Of a stretch of DNA of 64,000 nucleotides, positions 25,191 through 38,670 are shown piece by piece. The stretch covers positions 2,852,001-2,916,000 of the forward strand of contig NW_027361723.1 in NCBI RefSeq assembly GCF_039654945.1. The letters run 5' to 3'. The translations under genes and the position numbers were made by a program. Under the pieces are notes generated by a model. The model did no database searches, was not told where the DNA came from, and saw nothing but the letters and a program-made list of their open reading frames with translations. Numbering within the stretch: position 1 is the stretch's first letter; every line of letters begins with the position of its first letter. This stretch comes from Dendrobates tinctorius. Lineage: Eukaryota.

Positions 25191-28100
25191 TCTTCGGTAG
25201 GAAGGCTGGATCAGTTTTTATGATCACCCCATCATCCAAAAAGGTGGTATATGGTGGATTTACAGACATTGCCTGCAGCTCGCAGACACGACGAGCTGAG
25301 GTTAGGGCCACCAGGAGTACTGTTTTTAGCGTCAGCGCCTTTATTGAGATGGAAGCAATAGGTTCCAATGGAGACGCTGTTCGTGCCCTAAATACTAAAT
25401 TTAGATCCCAGGGAGCTACCTTAGATGCTAATTTTGAGGGCCTGGATGTAAAGGAGGCCCGAATGAATCTATAGACCCATGGGTGATCAGCCAGTTTTTG
25501 ATCAAACAATGCACCCAGGGCCGATACCTGCACTTTCAAGGTGCTTGTGGACAGTCCTTTTTCCAGTCCTTTCTGGAGGAACTCTAGGATTTCTTTTATT
25601 GGCATTTCCTGGGCTGTCCCAGTCAATTGTTGGCCCATGAACTGCAAGAATTTTTCCCAAATTTTTTGGTATTTGCGTGAAGTTACCTCCTTTCTGCTAG
25701 CGAGCAGGGTGGTTACTAACGGGACTGAGAACCCTTTTGCTAGAAGGAGTCCCCTTTCAAGTTCCACGCAGTGAGGTGCAGCCTGTGAACCCTGGGGTGT
25801 TCTACTGGGCCCTGGTATAGCAGATTTAGGGTATCTGGGAGGATCCGCGTCTGAGCCATGTGAACCATGCCCTTTTCGGCCAGAAGGGTGCAATCAAGAA
25901 TATTCGAGCTCTCTCTTGTCGGATCTTTTTCAAGAATACTGGTGTCAATGGAAAAGGGGGGGGGGGAACGCATAGGCCAGACAAAATTTCCACCGGTGTA
26001 GTAGCGAGTCCACCCCCTCTGGTTGCTCTCTTGGATTTAGGGAGTAGAACCTGTCCACTTTCCGATTTTTCCCTGGTAGCAAACAGGTCTACTTCTGGTG
26101 TGCCCCAGGCAGTGCAGATTTCTCCAAATATTTTTTGACTTAGGGACCATTCTCCCTGGTGTAGTACATGGTGGCTTAAATAATCGGCCAGATAATTGTC
26201 TGCCCCCTTTAAATGTGTACCCGATAAGGACAGAAGATTGTTTTCCGCCCATGCGAATAATTCCCTGGCCTCTGCCATAAGGGTTGCCGACCTTGTACCC
26301 CCTTGTCTGTTTATGTATGCTATGACTGTGTTGTTGTCGGATAATATGGTGACATGTCTTCCTTGTACTTCTTGCTTTACCAGGGGAAGGGCTCGCCTTA
26401 CAGCCGCCAGTTCTTTAAGATTTGAGGATGCATCCCTCATTCCGGGTTCCCACTGGCCCTCTAGGGTTCGTTTCTCTGTGTGTGCCCCCCAACCACTCAG
26501 ACTTGCGTCCGTGGTTAATACTACTGAGTTTTGAGTAGTCCAGGGCACTGATCTGGTTAAATTTTCGGTGCTCAGCCACCATTTTAGTGACTCCCGCACT
26601 TGAGGGGAGAGAATGATCTCCCGGTTTAAATTGGAAGGACCCTTCTCCTGCTTGGATAGGATCTGCTACTGTAGCTCTCTCGTATGGGCTTGTGCCCACC
26701 GGACCGCTGGGATTGTTGCTGTTATCATGCTCAGGAGCGACATTGCCTCACTTACTGATATGGCTCGACCGGATTGTATCCGTTGTGTTTTTTGTTGGAT
26801 AGCCCCAATTTTTCCTTTCTGGAAGAATGCACTGCTGTTTTAATGAGTCCAATTGAATTCCAAGGAATTCTTGTGACTGTACTGGAGTTAATTTGGATTT
26901 TCTCAGATTGATCCTCCAGCCCAACCTGGTTAATATTTCCAGGACCTTTAACTGCATCTTCGCAATTTTGCTTGTCGTTTGCTATGACCAGGAAATCGTC
27001 TAGATAGGGTACTAGCAGGTTATTCTCCCTTCTTATAAAGGACGCTACTTCCCCGATGATTGTTGTAAATATATGAGGGGCTACTGATACCCTGAAGGGT
27101 AGGTACTGGTACAGTAGACGAGTGTGAATTTGAGCTCTCTCTACCACCAGTCTTCGATATTGTTGGTGCTCTCCCCATATTGGGACATGGTAATAGGCGT
27201 CGTAAGATCTATTACTGCCATGTAGCAACCTGGGTCGAGTAGCTTAACTGCTGACCCCAAGGTCTCCATTTTGAATTTCTATGTTCTGATGTATTGGTTC
27301 AGGGCTTTGAGATTGAATATTGTTCTTAGTGACCCATCTGGTTTTGGCGTGAGGAACAGAGTGCTGTAATACCCTTTCCCTTCTTGATGAGACGGGACTT
27401 TTATTAGTACCTCTTTTTGAAGGAGGAGCTGGATCTCCTTTTCTAGCATAGCCTGATTCTTTTTGGCTACCCGGGTCACTTTTAGTCTTTGGGGTGGAAG
27501 GCTTAGAAAACTTAGTCGTAGGCCCCCGGCTAACAGGTCGGTTACCCACTTTGAGGTGTGCAATGCTACCCACTGATGGACAAAGAACTGAAGCCTTCCC
27601 CCGACCACCCTGGCGTCATTGCTTAGTATCGGGTCTCGGGGTGGTTTTACTAAAGAGGAATCCCTTCTCTCTTCCCCTCCATGGTCTGCCCCGTGTGGTC
27701 CTATCGTCTGGCCGCCCTTGGCTCCCTCTGTTCCCTGTTCCCACGAAAGGATGAGAGAGCTTCAGTCCACCGGCGCCTAGGGAAGGGGGGTGGAAACCAT
27801 TTTTTCTTATCTGACGCCTTTTCTAAAATTTCATCCAATGCTTTCCCAAACAAGTATTGACCCTCACAAGGGAAGGCACAGAGTTTAACTTTTGACTGGA
27901 AGTCTTCCGACCAGTTTTTTTTAACCAAAGTGCTCTGCAGCCTGAATTTGAAAGGGCTCATGCACGGGCGGCACCATGGACGGAATCTACTGCGGCGTCC
28001 ACCAGGAATTCCGCTGCCTTCTGTAGGGAAGGTATTGCCTCCAGCAATGTCTCCCTTCGGCATTTATTCTTAATTTGGCCTTTCCCTACAGAAGACATAT

Positions 28101-28750
28101 ATAGGGCAATTGTTAATATATTGTGCTGCCTTACAAAGGCACTCACCCGGCCCCTTTCCTAGGTACCCCGGTAGCTCTTCATCCTGCGCGTTCCTCTCAA
28201 CTTTAGGATCCATTTTCCTTCTGCTGCTGGTCTGGCTCTATAACACTGGAGTCCGTGTGCAGCCTCTCAGGGACCATTGGCGCTTGCCTCGTCTCCCTTT
28301 TTATGGAGGAGCGGTGCGCGCTTCTGGGACTGCTCCCGCCCGGAAGTGCCCATTACACCGCTCCCCCGGCATGTGAAGTCACTTCCAGTGCAACCCCGGA
28401 AGCCGTCGCCACACAGTCGGTGCCAGGCCTCCCCCGGCTCTGCCTCCCACTGGAGCGGCCGCCGGGGAGTCACACGAGGAGGACACCGCTCACAGCGCCC
28501 ACCGAGCTGGGCTGACAGGCGCGCGCCACCGCGCCCCGCTGCCGTCCTCTCCCTGTGGACCTCGGCCTCCTGACCGGACATCAGAGGGGGATCCCTCCGG
28601 AGGTACAGGCTCTGCCCCAAGCATTCCGGCTGCAGGAAACCAAACTGGGGAGAGAGGTGCCGCCCCCTTCTTATGTCTCTGCTACAGGTTTCCTGTTTCC
28701 TGGGGGCAGATACCTTCTCATGTCTGCGGTGCTGTCATGGGGAAGGGAAA
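25190..28750 (-). mobile_element. DIRS1-like tyrosine-recombinase retrotransposon (degenerate, 3' truncated)
   Basis: RT (PYLDDFL; YYSTLFLTPKPDG), RNase H (LTTDASLSGWGA, SSNLKEL, SDNNTVIAYINRQGGTRS), DLFAT, overlapping YR (TSARRVCELQAMS) and a gag remnant; multiple frameshifts. Confidence 0.88.
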
Positions 28751-29454
28751 AATACGACCTAGTAGGAATAACTGAGACATGGTTAGACGACAGCTATGAC
28801 TGGGCGGCTAACTTGCAAGGATATGATTTGTTTAGGAGGGATCGTAAAAAAAGGAAAGGGGGTGGAGTCTGTCTATATATAAAGCCCACACTAAGAGAAG
28901 ATCTACAAGAGGGAAATGAAGAGGTGGAGTCTCTATGGGTGGAGATACAAGGAGGGAAAAGTAATAAAATCCTCATAGGGGTTTGTAATAAGCCACCAAA
29001 TATAACAGAAACCACTGAGAATGTATTATTGAAGCAAATAGACAAAGCAGCAAATCCAGAGGTGTAGCTAGGGTTTCGGTTCGAGGGGGGCAAAACTTCT
29101 GAGTGGGCCCCTAACTAGGTAACGCACCCTAATAGTGGATGTAGGCGATGACTGCGCTGTTACTGAAAATAATCCCTATATAAAGGCCAACGTGGATATT
29201 ACCGCAATATCGTCAGTGGTAAATACCATTCCTACAAAACATATGTGATTACTGCACAGGTATAGTTGGTGTCTTACCGCTGACGTTCTTTCTGATGGAA
29301 TCGTTCACTTTTCACGTCTTTTCCATCTGGCCCAGACCGACATGACAACTCCTCCAGCCAAGACTCGGCTACAGAGAATACAACAACGACATGTTTCACC
29401 TCTCATATTCCCGCCCCATCACCATCTATTCCCAACCTGCACAAACCCCTCATC

Positions 29455-30414
29455 CTGCTGATACCTCAATACTGAGCCGCTGCTACCGTATGTGTCCCTA
29501 TTACTGCACCTGATACCCCAATACTGAGCCGCTGCTGCCATATGTGTCTCTATTACTGCACCTGATACCCCAATACTGAGCCGCTGCTGCCATATGTGTC
29601 TCTATTACTGCACCTGATACCCCAATACTGAGCCGCTGCTGCCATATGTGTCTCTATTACTGCGCCTGATACCCCAATACTGAGCCGCTGCTGCCATATG
29701 TGTCTCTATTACTGCACCTGATACCCCAATGCTGAGCCGCTGCTGCATGTGTCTCTATTACTGCGCCTCATACCCCAATGCTGAGCCGCTGCTGCCATAT
29801 GTGTCTCTATTACTGCACCTGATACCCCAATACTGAGCCACTACTGCCGTATGTGTCTCTATTACTGCACCTGATACCCCAATACTGAGCCACTACTGCC
29901 GTATGTCTCTATTACTGCAGCTGATACCCCAATACTGAGCCGCTGCTGCCATATGTGTCTCTATTACTGCACCTGATACCCCAATGCTGAGCCGCTGCTG
30001 CCGTATGTGTCTCTATTACTGCAGCTGATACACCAATGCTGAGCTGCTGCTGCATGTGTCTATTTACTGCACCTGATACCCCAATACTGAGCCGCTGCTG
30101 CCGTATGTGTCTCTATTACTGCACCCGATTCCCCAATACTGAGCCACTACTGCCGTATGTGTCCCTATTACTGCACCTGATACCCCAATGCTGAGCCGCT
30201 GCTGCCGTATGTGTCCCTATTACTGCACCTGATACCCCAATACTGAGCCGCTGCTGCCGTATGTGTCTCTATTACTGCAGCTGATACACCAATGCTGAGC
30301 TGCTGCTGCATGTGTCTATTTACTGCACCTGATACCCCAATACTGAGCCGCTGCTGCCGTATGTGTCTCTATTACTGCACCCGATTCCCCAATACTGAGC
30401 CACTACTGCCGTAT
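29455..30414. repeat. 52-bp minisatellite (resumes at 34216-34345 after the CR1 insertion)
   Basis: Unit CTGATACCCCAATACTGAGCCGCTGCTGCCATATGTGTCTCTATTACTGCAC. Confidence 0.93.
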
Positions 30415-33400
30415 AGAACATAATTTTACCTCTATATAAGTCACTAGTGCGACCACACTTAGAATACTGTGTACAGTTCTGGTCTCCGGTGTATAAGAAA
30501 GACATAGCTGAACTGGAGCGGGTGCAGAGAAGAGCGACCAAGGTTATTAGGGAACTAGGGGGTCTGCAATACCAAGACAGGTTATTACACTTGGGGTTAT
30601 TTAGTTTGGAGAATCGAAGGCTTAGGGGTAGTGTTGAGCATTCCGATACCGCAAGTATCGGGTATCGGCCGATACTTGCTGTATCGGAATTCCGATACCG
30701 ACTTCCGATATTTTTTCAATATCGGAATTCGGCATCGGAATCGGAAGTTCAGTTGATTGACAGCCTGACGTCATCATGATGCGCGGTGTGTGCGCGCATC
30801 ATGATGCGCCGTCATTTCGGGCCTTCCGGGGGTCTCAGCCGGCCTGCCGGGGGGCTGTGCCGGCCTGCCGGGGGGCTGTGTGGACTGCCCGGGGTCTGTA
30901 CCGGCCTGCCGGGGGGCTGTACCGGCCTGCCGGGGGGCTGTGCACCCTGTGGGGGTCTGTACCGGCCTGCCGGGGGGCTGTGCCGGCCTGCCGGTGGTCT
31001 GTGCACCCTGTGGGGGTCTGTACCGGCCTGCCGGGGGGCTGTGCCGGCCTGCCGGTGGTCTGTGCACCCTGTGGGGGTCTGTACCGGCCTGCCGGGGTCT
31101 GTGCCGGCCTGCCGGGGGGCTGTGCTGATGTCCGGGGGTCTGTGCAAGCATCGTCCGATGGGACTACAAGTCCCATCTGGCGATGCCTGCTACCATGACA
31201 GTGATTGACACATTAGCCAATGATGGGACAGTAGTAGTCCCATCATCCGGCTAATGTGTTAAATGTTAAAAAAAAAAAATACTACATACATACTACATGC
31301 TACATACATACTACATACATGCTGCATGCTACATACATGCTGCATGCATACTACATACATACTACATGCATGCTACGTACACACTACATATATACTACAT
31401 GCATGCTACATACATACTACATACATACCACATACATACTATATATACTACATACATACTACATGCATGCTACATACATACCACATGCATGCTACATGCT
31501 ACATACATACTACATGCTACATACATACCACATACATGCTACATACATACTACATACTACATACATACTACATGCATGCTACATACATACTACATGCATG
31601 CTACATACATACTGCATGCTACATGCATGCTACATACATACTACATGCTACATACATACCACATATATACTACATACATACAATACATTCATACAATACA
31701 TACAACATAGAGTAACATACTTACCAATACTTGTCACATTGTTCCCCGAAGCCATTGTCTTTTCCGGAATAAATATTAACATAACAAACCACAAAAATAC
31801 TCACCCACGATCCAAAGCAGTCCACGAGTGTGTCCCACGACGATCTTGGGTAGAGAACTGCAGCATCAGATGATGCTGCCGTTCTCTACGGGCTGCAGGA
31901 ATCCAATGACGGAAGGTAGGTATCCTTCCGCACTGTATTCCTCCGCCACTTAAAAAAAAAAAAGTCCCTAGTCTCACTTTATGCCATTGCTGTGTGGGAA
32001 TTTCCCACACAGCAATGGCATAAAAAAAAAAAAAAAGTCCCTAGTCTCACTTTATGCCATTGCTGTGTGGGAAATTCCCACACAGCAATGGCATAAAGTG
32101 AGACTAGGGACTTTTTTTTTTTTTTAAGTGGCGGAGGAATACAGTGCGGAAGGATACCTACCTTCCGTCATTGATTCCTGCAGCCCGTAGAGAACGGCAG
32201 CATCAGCTGATGCTGCAGTTCTCTACCCAAGATCGTCGTGGGACACACTCGTGGACTGCTTCGGATCGTGGGTGAGTATTTTTGTGGTTTGTTATGTTAA
32301 TATTTATTCCGGAAAAGACAATGGCTTCGGGGAACAATGTGACAAGTATTGGTAAGTATGTTACTCTATGTTATATGTACTGTATGTCTATGTATGTATT
32401 GTATGAATGTATTGTATGTATGTAGTATATATGTGGTATGTATGTAGCATGTAGTATGTATGTAGCATGCATGTAGCATGCAGTATGTAGCATGCATGTA
32501 GTATATATGTAGTATGTATGTAGCATGCATGTAGTATATATGTATGAATGTATGTAGCATGTAGTATGTATGTGGTATGTATGTAGCATGTAGTATGTAT
32601 GTAGTATATATGTAGTATGTATGTAGCATGTAGTATGTATGTAGCATGCATGTAGTATATATGTAGTATATATGTAGCATGTATGTGGTATGTATGTAGC
32701 ATGTAGTATGTATGTAGCATGCATGTAGTATATATGTAGTATGTATGTAGCATGTAGTATGTATGTAGCATGTAGTATGTATGTAGCATGCATGTAGTAT
32801 ATATGTAGTATATATGTAGCATGTATGTAGTATGTATGTGGTATGTATGTAGCATGTAGTATGTATGTAGCATGCATGTAGTATATACGTAGTATGTATG
32901 TAGCATGTAGTATGTATGTAGCATGCATGTAGTATATATGTAGCATGCATGTAATATATATGTAGTATGTATGTAGCATGCATGTAGTATATATGTAGTA
33001 TGTAGCATGTAGTATGTATGTAGCATGCACTATGTATGTAGCATGCATGTAGTATATATGTGTTATGTATGTAGCATGTAGCATGCATGTAGTATATATG
33101 TGGTATGTATGTAGCATGCAGTATGTATGTAGCATGCAGTATGTATGTAGCATGCATGTAGTATGTATGTAGTATATATGTAGTATGTATGTTGCATGTA
33201 GTATTTATGTAGTATGAATGTAGCATGTATGTAGCATGTAGTATGAATGTAGCATGTATGTAGTATGCATGTTGTATGTATGTAGAATGTAATTTTTTTT
33301 TTTTTTTTTACATTCAACACATTAGCCGGATGATAGGACTATTACTGTCCCATCATTGGCTAATGTGTCAATCACTGTCATGGTAGCAGGCATCGCCCGA

Positions 33401-34217
33401 TGGGACTTGTAGTCCCATCGGACGATGCCTGCACAGACCACCGGCAGGCCGGCACAGCCCCCCGGCAGGCCGGCACGGACCCCCTGGCAGGCCCGTACAG
33501 ACCCCCTGGCAGGCCCGTACAGACCCCCTGGCAGGCCCGTACAGACCCCAGAGAGGCTGTACAAGGGCAGGAAAGGGTTTTTCTTATTCCGATACCGGAA
33601 GTCCCATAGACTTGAATGGGACTTCCGGTATCGGCGATACCGATACTTTTTTTAAAGATCGGCCGATACCATCCGATACGATACTTTGAAGTATCGGACG
33701 GTATCGCTCAACTCTACTTAGGGGTGATCTTATTACAATGTATAAATATATGCGGGGACAATACAAAAACCTTTCTAATGATCTTTTTACTCTTAGACTT
33801 GTGACGGGGACAAGGGGGCATCCTCTACGTCTGGAGGAAAGAAGGTTTAAGCATACTCACAGACGCGGATTCTTTACTGTAAGAGCAGTGAGACTATGGA
33901 ACTCTCTGCCATATGATGTTGTAATGAGTGATTCACTACTAAAATTTAAGAAGGGACTGGATGCCTTTCTTGAAAAGTATAATATTACAGGGTATATACA
34001 CTAGTTTCCTTAATATTGCGTTGATCCAGGGAGCTAGTCTGATTGCCGTATGTGGAGTCGGGAAGGAATTTTTTTCCCCAATGTGAAGCCTACTGTTGCC
34101 ACATGGGGTTTTTTTGCCTTCCTCTGGATCAACATGTTAGGGCAAGTTAGGATAGGATATGGGATGAACTAGATGGACTTAAAGTCTCCCTTCAACCTTA
34201 ATAACTATGTTACTATG
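30415..34217 (+). mobile_element. 5'-truncated CR1 LINE B inserted in the minisatellite
   Basis: [11 protein letters not shown]...RRLRG|DL..YKYMRG..RAVRLWNSLP across the nested hAT; tail ACTATGTTACTATG. Confidence 0.9.
30629..33716. mobile_element. Fold-back non-autonomous hAT copy 1 (3088 bp), TSD CTTAGGGG
   Basis: CTTAGGGG|TAGTGTTGAGC ... GCTCAACTCTA|CTTAGGGG; the interior is a palindrome of GC minisatellite, TACATG-type microsatellite and unique arm. Confidence 0.95.
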
Positions 34218-34994
34218 TATGTGTCCCTATTACTGCACCTGATACCCCAATGCTGAGCCGCTGCCGTATGTGTCCCTATTACTGCACCTGATACCCCAAT
34301 GCTGAGCCACTGCCGTATGTGTCCCTATTACTGCACCTGATACCCCCTATACACACACGGCCTGCTCCATACACCTCGTACACAGCGTCGGACTGGCCCA
34401 CCGGGGAACCGGTGGATTCTCCGGTGGGCCCTGGCATCTGGTGGGCCCTGGCACCTGCTGGCATACAGGGCCAGCAGTTGCCTAGGGCCCCCGCTGCTCC
34501 AGGGGCCCCCAGCCAGGGGTGTGTCACACACCACGCAGCTGCTATGGGGGCCCCTGCCAGCGGAGCAGCAGCGGGTGTCAGGAGCCCATGTCCCCGCTGC
34601 TAAAGAGAAATGAATATTCACTGCGAAGCAGTGAATATCATTTCACAGTCTCCACCCCCAGAGGCTACGGCCACCAGCCCAATAAGCTGCTCTGCATCAG
34701 GGCCGGCGCCGCCCTCAGTCCTCTCTGCTCCTGGCTCACAGCCAGTGCGCGATGACGTCACTACATCGCGCTCCCGCTGTGTGTCTGGCAGAGGGGGAGC
34801 TCCTGACACTGAAGCCGGGATCAGCGTGGGAGCGAGGAGGAGAGGTGAGTATTGTGGTTTGTTTTTTTTTTTATATCTCTCTCGCTCTCTCTATCTCTCT
34901 ATCTCTCTTATATATATCTATCTTTCTATCTCTATCTATTATCTATATCTATCTATTTCTATATCTATCTTTCTATCTCTATATCTCTATATCT

Positions 34995-35034
<40 letters not shown>

Positions 35035-36042
35035 ATTATGTCTATCTATCTCTATATCAATCTATCTTACTCTATCTCTATATCTATTATCTATCTAGCT
35101 ACCATCTATATCTATCTATCTTTATCTATATATATCTATATCTAATATCTATATCTATCTATCTCTATACCTATCTATCTATCCGTTATCTATCTCTATA
35201 TCTTTTCTCTGTATCTATCTATATATCTATATCTCTCGCTATCTATCGCTCTATATCTATCTATCTTTATCTATTTATCTCTATATCTTTTCTCTGTATC
35301 TATCTCTCTATCTCTATATATATCTATTATCTCTATATCTATATCTATTTCTCTCTATAGCTATCTATTTATCTCTATCTCTATATCTCTCTCTCTGTAT
35401 ATCTATCTATCTCTATATCCATCTCTATATCCATCTTTATCTATCGCTCTATCTTTCTATCTAAATCTATATCTATCTATTATTACTATCTATCTAGCTA
35501 TCTCTATATCTTACTCTATCTCTATATCTATCTGTTATCTCTATATTTATTATCTATCTATCTCTCTCTATCTACCGCTCTCTCTATCTTTATATCTATA
35601 TCTATTATCTCTATATCTATTATCTCTATATCTATTATCTCTATATCTATTATCTCTATATCTATTATCTCTATATCTATTATCTCTATATCTATTATCT
35701 CTATATCTATTATCTCTATATCTATATCTGTTTCTCTCTATATCTCTCTCTATAGCTATCTATATATTATCTCTATATATCTATCTATATATTATCTCTA
35801 TATCTATCTATCTATATATCTGTTATCTCTATATCCATATCTATCTCTATATCCATATCTATCTCTCTCTATAGCTATCTTTCTATCTAACACTATATCT
35901 CTATATCTATCTCTATATCTCATTATCTATCAATCTCTATCTCTATCTCTCTTTATCCATCTATTGATCTATCCATATATCTCTATATCTATCTATTATA
36001 TCTATCTATTATCTCTATTATCTATCCATCTATCTATATCTA

Positions 36043-37632
36043 CAGTGCCTACAAGTAGTATTCAACCCCCTGCAGATTTAGCAGGTTTACACATTTGGAA
36101 TTAACTTGGCATTGTGACATTTGGACTGTAGATCAGCCTGGAAGTGTGCAATGCACTGCAGCAAAAATGTTATTTCTTTGTTTAATTTTTTTTTAAATTG
36201 TGAAAAGTTTATTCAGAGGGTCATTTATTATTCAACCCCTCAAACCACCAGAATTCTGTTTGGTTCCCCTAAAGTATTAAGAAGTATTTCAGGCACAAAG
36301 AACAATGAGCTTCACATGTTTGGATTAATTATCTCTTTTTCCAGCCTTTTCTGACTAATTAAGACCCTCCCCAAACTTGTGAACAGCACTCATACATGGT
36401 CAACATGGGAAAGACAAAGGAGCATTCCAAGGCCATCAGAGACAAGATCGTGGAGGGTCACAAGGCTGGCAAGGGGTACAAAACCCTTTCCAAGGAGTTG
36501 GGCCTACCTGTCTCCACTGTTGGGAGCATCATCCGGAAGTGGAAGGCTTATGGAACTACTGTTAGCCTTCCACGGCCTGGACAGCCTTTGAAAGTTTCCT
36601 CCCGTGCCGAGGCCAGGCTTGTCCGAAGAGTCAAGGCTAACCCAAGGACAACAAGGAAGGAGCTCCGGGAAGATCTCATGGCAGTGGGGACATTGGTTTC
36701 AGTCAATACCATAAGTAACGTACTCCACCGCAATGGTCTCCGTTCCAGACGAGCCCGTAAGGTACCTTTACTTTCAAAGCGTCATGTCAAGGCTCGTCTA
36801 CAGTTTGCTCATGATCACTTGGAGGACTCTGAGACAGACTGGTTCAAGGTTCTCTGGTCTGATGAGACCAAGATCGAGATCTTTGGCGCCAACCACACAC
36901 GTGACGTTTGGAGACTGGATGGCACTGCATACGACCCCAAGAATACCATCTCTACAGTCAAGCATGGTGGTGGCAGCATCATGTTGTGGGGCTGTTTCTC
37001 AGCCAAGGGGCCTGGCCATCTGGTCCGCATCCATGGGAAGATGGATAGCACGGCCTACCTGGAGATTTTGGCCAAGAACCTCCGCTCCTCCATCAAGGAT
37101 CTTAAGATGGGTCGTCATTTCATCTTTCAACAAGACAACGACCCAAAGCACACAGCCAAGAAAACCAAGGCCTGGTTCAAGAGGCAAAAAATCAAGGTGT
37201 TGGAGTGGCCTAGTCAGTCTCCTGACCTTAACCCAATTGAAAACTTGTGGAAGGAGCTCAAGATTGAAGTCCACATGAGACACCCAAAGAACCTAGATAA
37301 CTTGGAAAAGATCTGCATGGAGGAGTGGGCCAAGATAACTCCAGAGACCTGTGCCGGCCTGATCAGGTCTTATAAAAGACGATTATTAGCTGTAATTGCA
37401 AAAAAGGGTTATTCCACAAAATAATAAACCTAGGGGTTGAATAATAATTGATCCACACTTGTATGTTTAAAATTTATTAAAATTTAACTGAGCAACATAA
37501 CTTTTTGGTTTGTAAGATTTATGCATCTGTTAATAAATCCTGCTCTTGTGTGAAGTTTGAAGGCTCTAACTTATTTGCATCTTATCAAACCTGCTAAATC
37601 TGCAGGGGGTTGAATACTACTTGTAGGCACTG
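36043..37632 (+). mobile_element. Tc1/mariner transposon (1590 bp) with TA TSD
   Basis: TA|CAGTGCCTACAAGTAGTATTCAACCCCCTGCAGATTTAGCAGGTTT with a perfect inverted copy ending 37632|TA. Confidence 0.96.
36405..37424 (+). CDS. Intact Tc1 DD34E transposase (MGKTKEHS...; alternative in-frame ATG at 36396)
   Basis: Uninterrupted ORF with paired-like HTH, WSDETK, QQDNDPKH and SPDLNPIENLW; 34 residues counted between the second D and E. Confidence 0.93.
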   Translation: MGKTKEHSKAIRDKIVEGHKAGKGYKTLSKELGLPVSTVGSIIRKWKAYGTTVSLPRPGQPLKVSSRAEARLVRRVKANPRTTRKELREDLMAVGTLVSVNTISNVLHRNGLRSRRARKVPLLSKRHVKARLQFAHDHLEDSETDWFKVLWSDETKIEIFGANHTRDVWRLDGTAYDPKNTISTVKHGGGSIMLWGCFSAKGPGHLVRIHGKMDSTAYLEILAKNLRSSIKDLKMGRHFIFQQDNDPKHTAKKTKAWFKRQKIKVLEWPSQSPDLNPIENLWKELKIEVHMRHPKNLDNLEKICMEEWAKITPETCAGLIRSYKRRLLAVIAKKGYSTK

Positions 37633-38082
37633 TATCTCTATATCTATCTTTCTAACTCTATATCTATCTATCTCTATATCTAGCTATTATCTCTATATCT
37701 ATCTGTCTCTATATCTATTATCTCTATATCTATCTATATCCATTTTTATTTATAGCCATGTATCTATATATATTTATCTCTATATCTATATATGTCTATA
37801 TTATTATTATTATTATTATTATTATATCTGTATATCTCTATCTATTATCTATCTCTATCTATCTATCTCTATATCTTTCTATCTATAGCTATCTATCTCT
37901 ATATCTATCTATCCATTATCTATTTTCTATCTATCTCTATATCTATCTACCTATCGATCTATCTTTCTATATCTATCTTTATATCTATATCTATCTCTAT
38001 GAATCTTTCTATCTATATCTATCCATTTCTACATCTATCTTTCTATCTATATCTATCTAACTCTATATCTATATATCTATAT

Positions 38083-38670
38083 AGCATTATACCCTATGAG
38101 GGGGTGCATTATTCCCTATGAGGGGGGCAGTATTATACCCTATGAGGGGGCAGCATTATACCCTATGAGGAGGGCAGCATTATACCCTATGAGGAGGGCA
38201 GCATTATACCCTATGAGGGGGCAGCATTATACCCTATGAGGGGGTGCATTATTCCCTATGAGGGGGGCAGTGTTATACCTTATGAGGGGGGCAGTGTTAT
38301 ACCCTATGAGGGGGTGCATTATACCCTATGAGGGGGTGCATTATTATACCCTATGAGGGGGTGCATTATTATACCCTATGAGGGGGTGCATTATTATACC
38401 CTATGAGGGGGTGCATTATTATACCCTATGAGGGGGTGCATTATTATACCCTATGAGGGGGTGCATTATTATACCCTATGAGGGGGTGCATTATACCCTA
38501 TGAGGGGGTGCATTATACCCTATGAGGGGGTGCATTATACCCTATGAGGGGGTGCATTATACCCTATGAGGGGGTGCATTATTGTATTCTATGAGATGGC
38601 TGCATTATATTCTATGAGATGGCTGTATTATACTATGTGAGGGGGCTGCTTTATATTCTATGAGGGGGCT
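38083..38670. repeat. 22-25-bp minisatellite (GCATTATACCCTATGAGGGGGT)
   Basis: Direct reading of the tandem units. Confidence 0.93.

Larger units (their letters stand above)
34870..38082. repeat. Degenerate (TCTA/TA)n microsatellite, split by a Tc1
   Basis: Continuous CTAT/TCTA/TA low-complexity sequence on both sides of 36043-37632. Confidence 0.95.

Noticed and set aside
34610-38121. Ile/Tyr/Ser/Leu-rich ORFs
   Set aside because: Translations of the (TCTA)n low-complexity tract.
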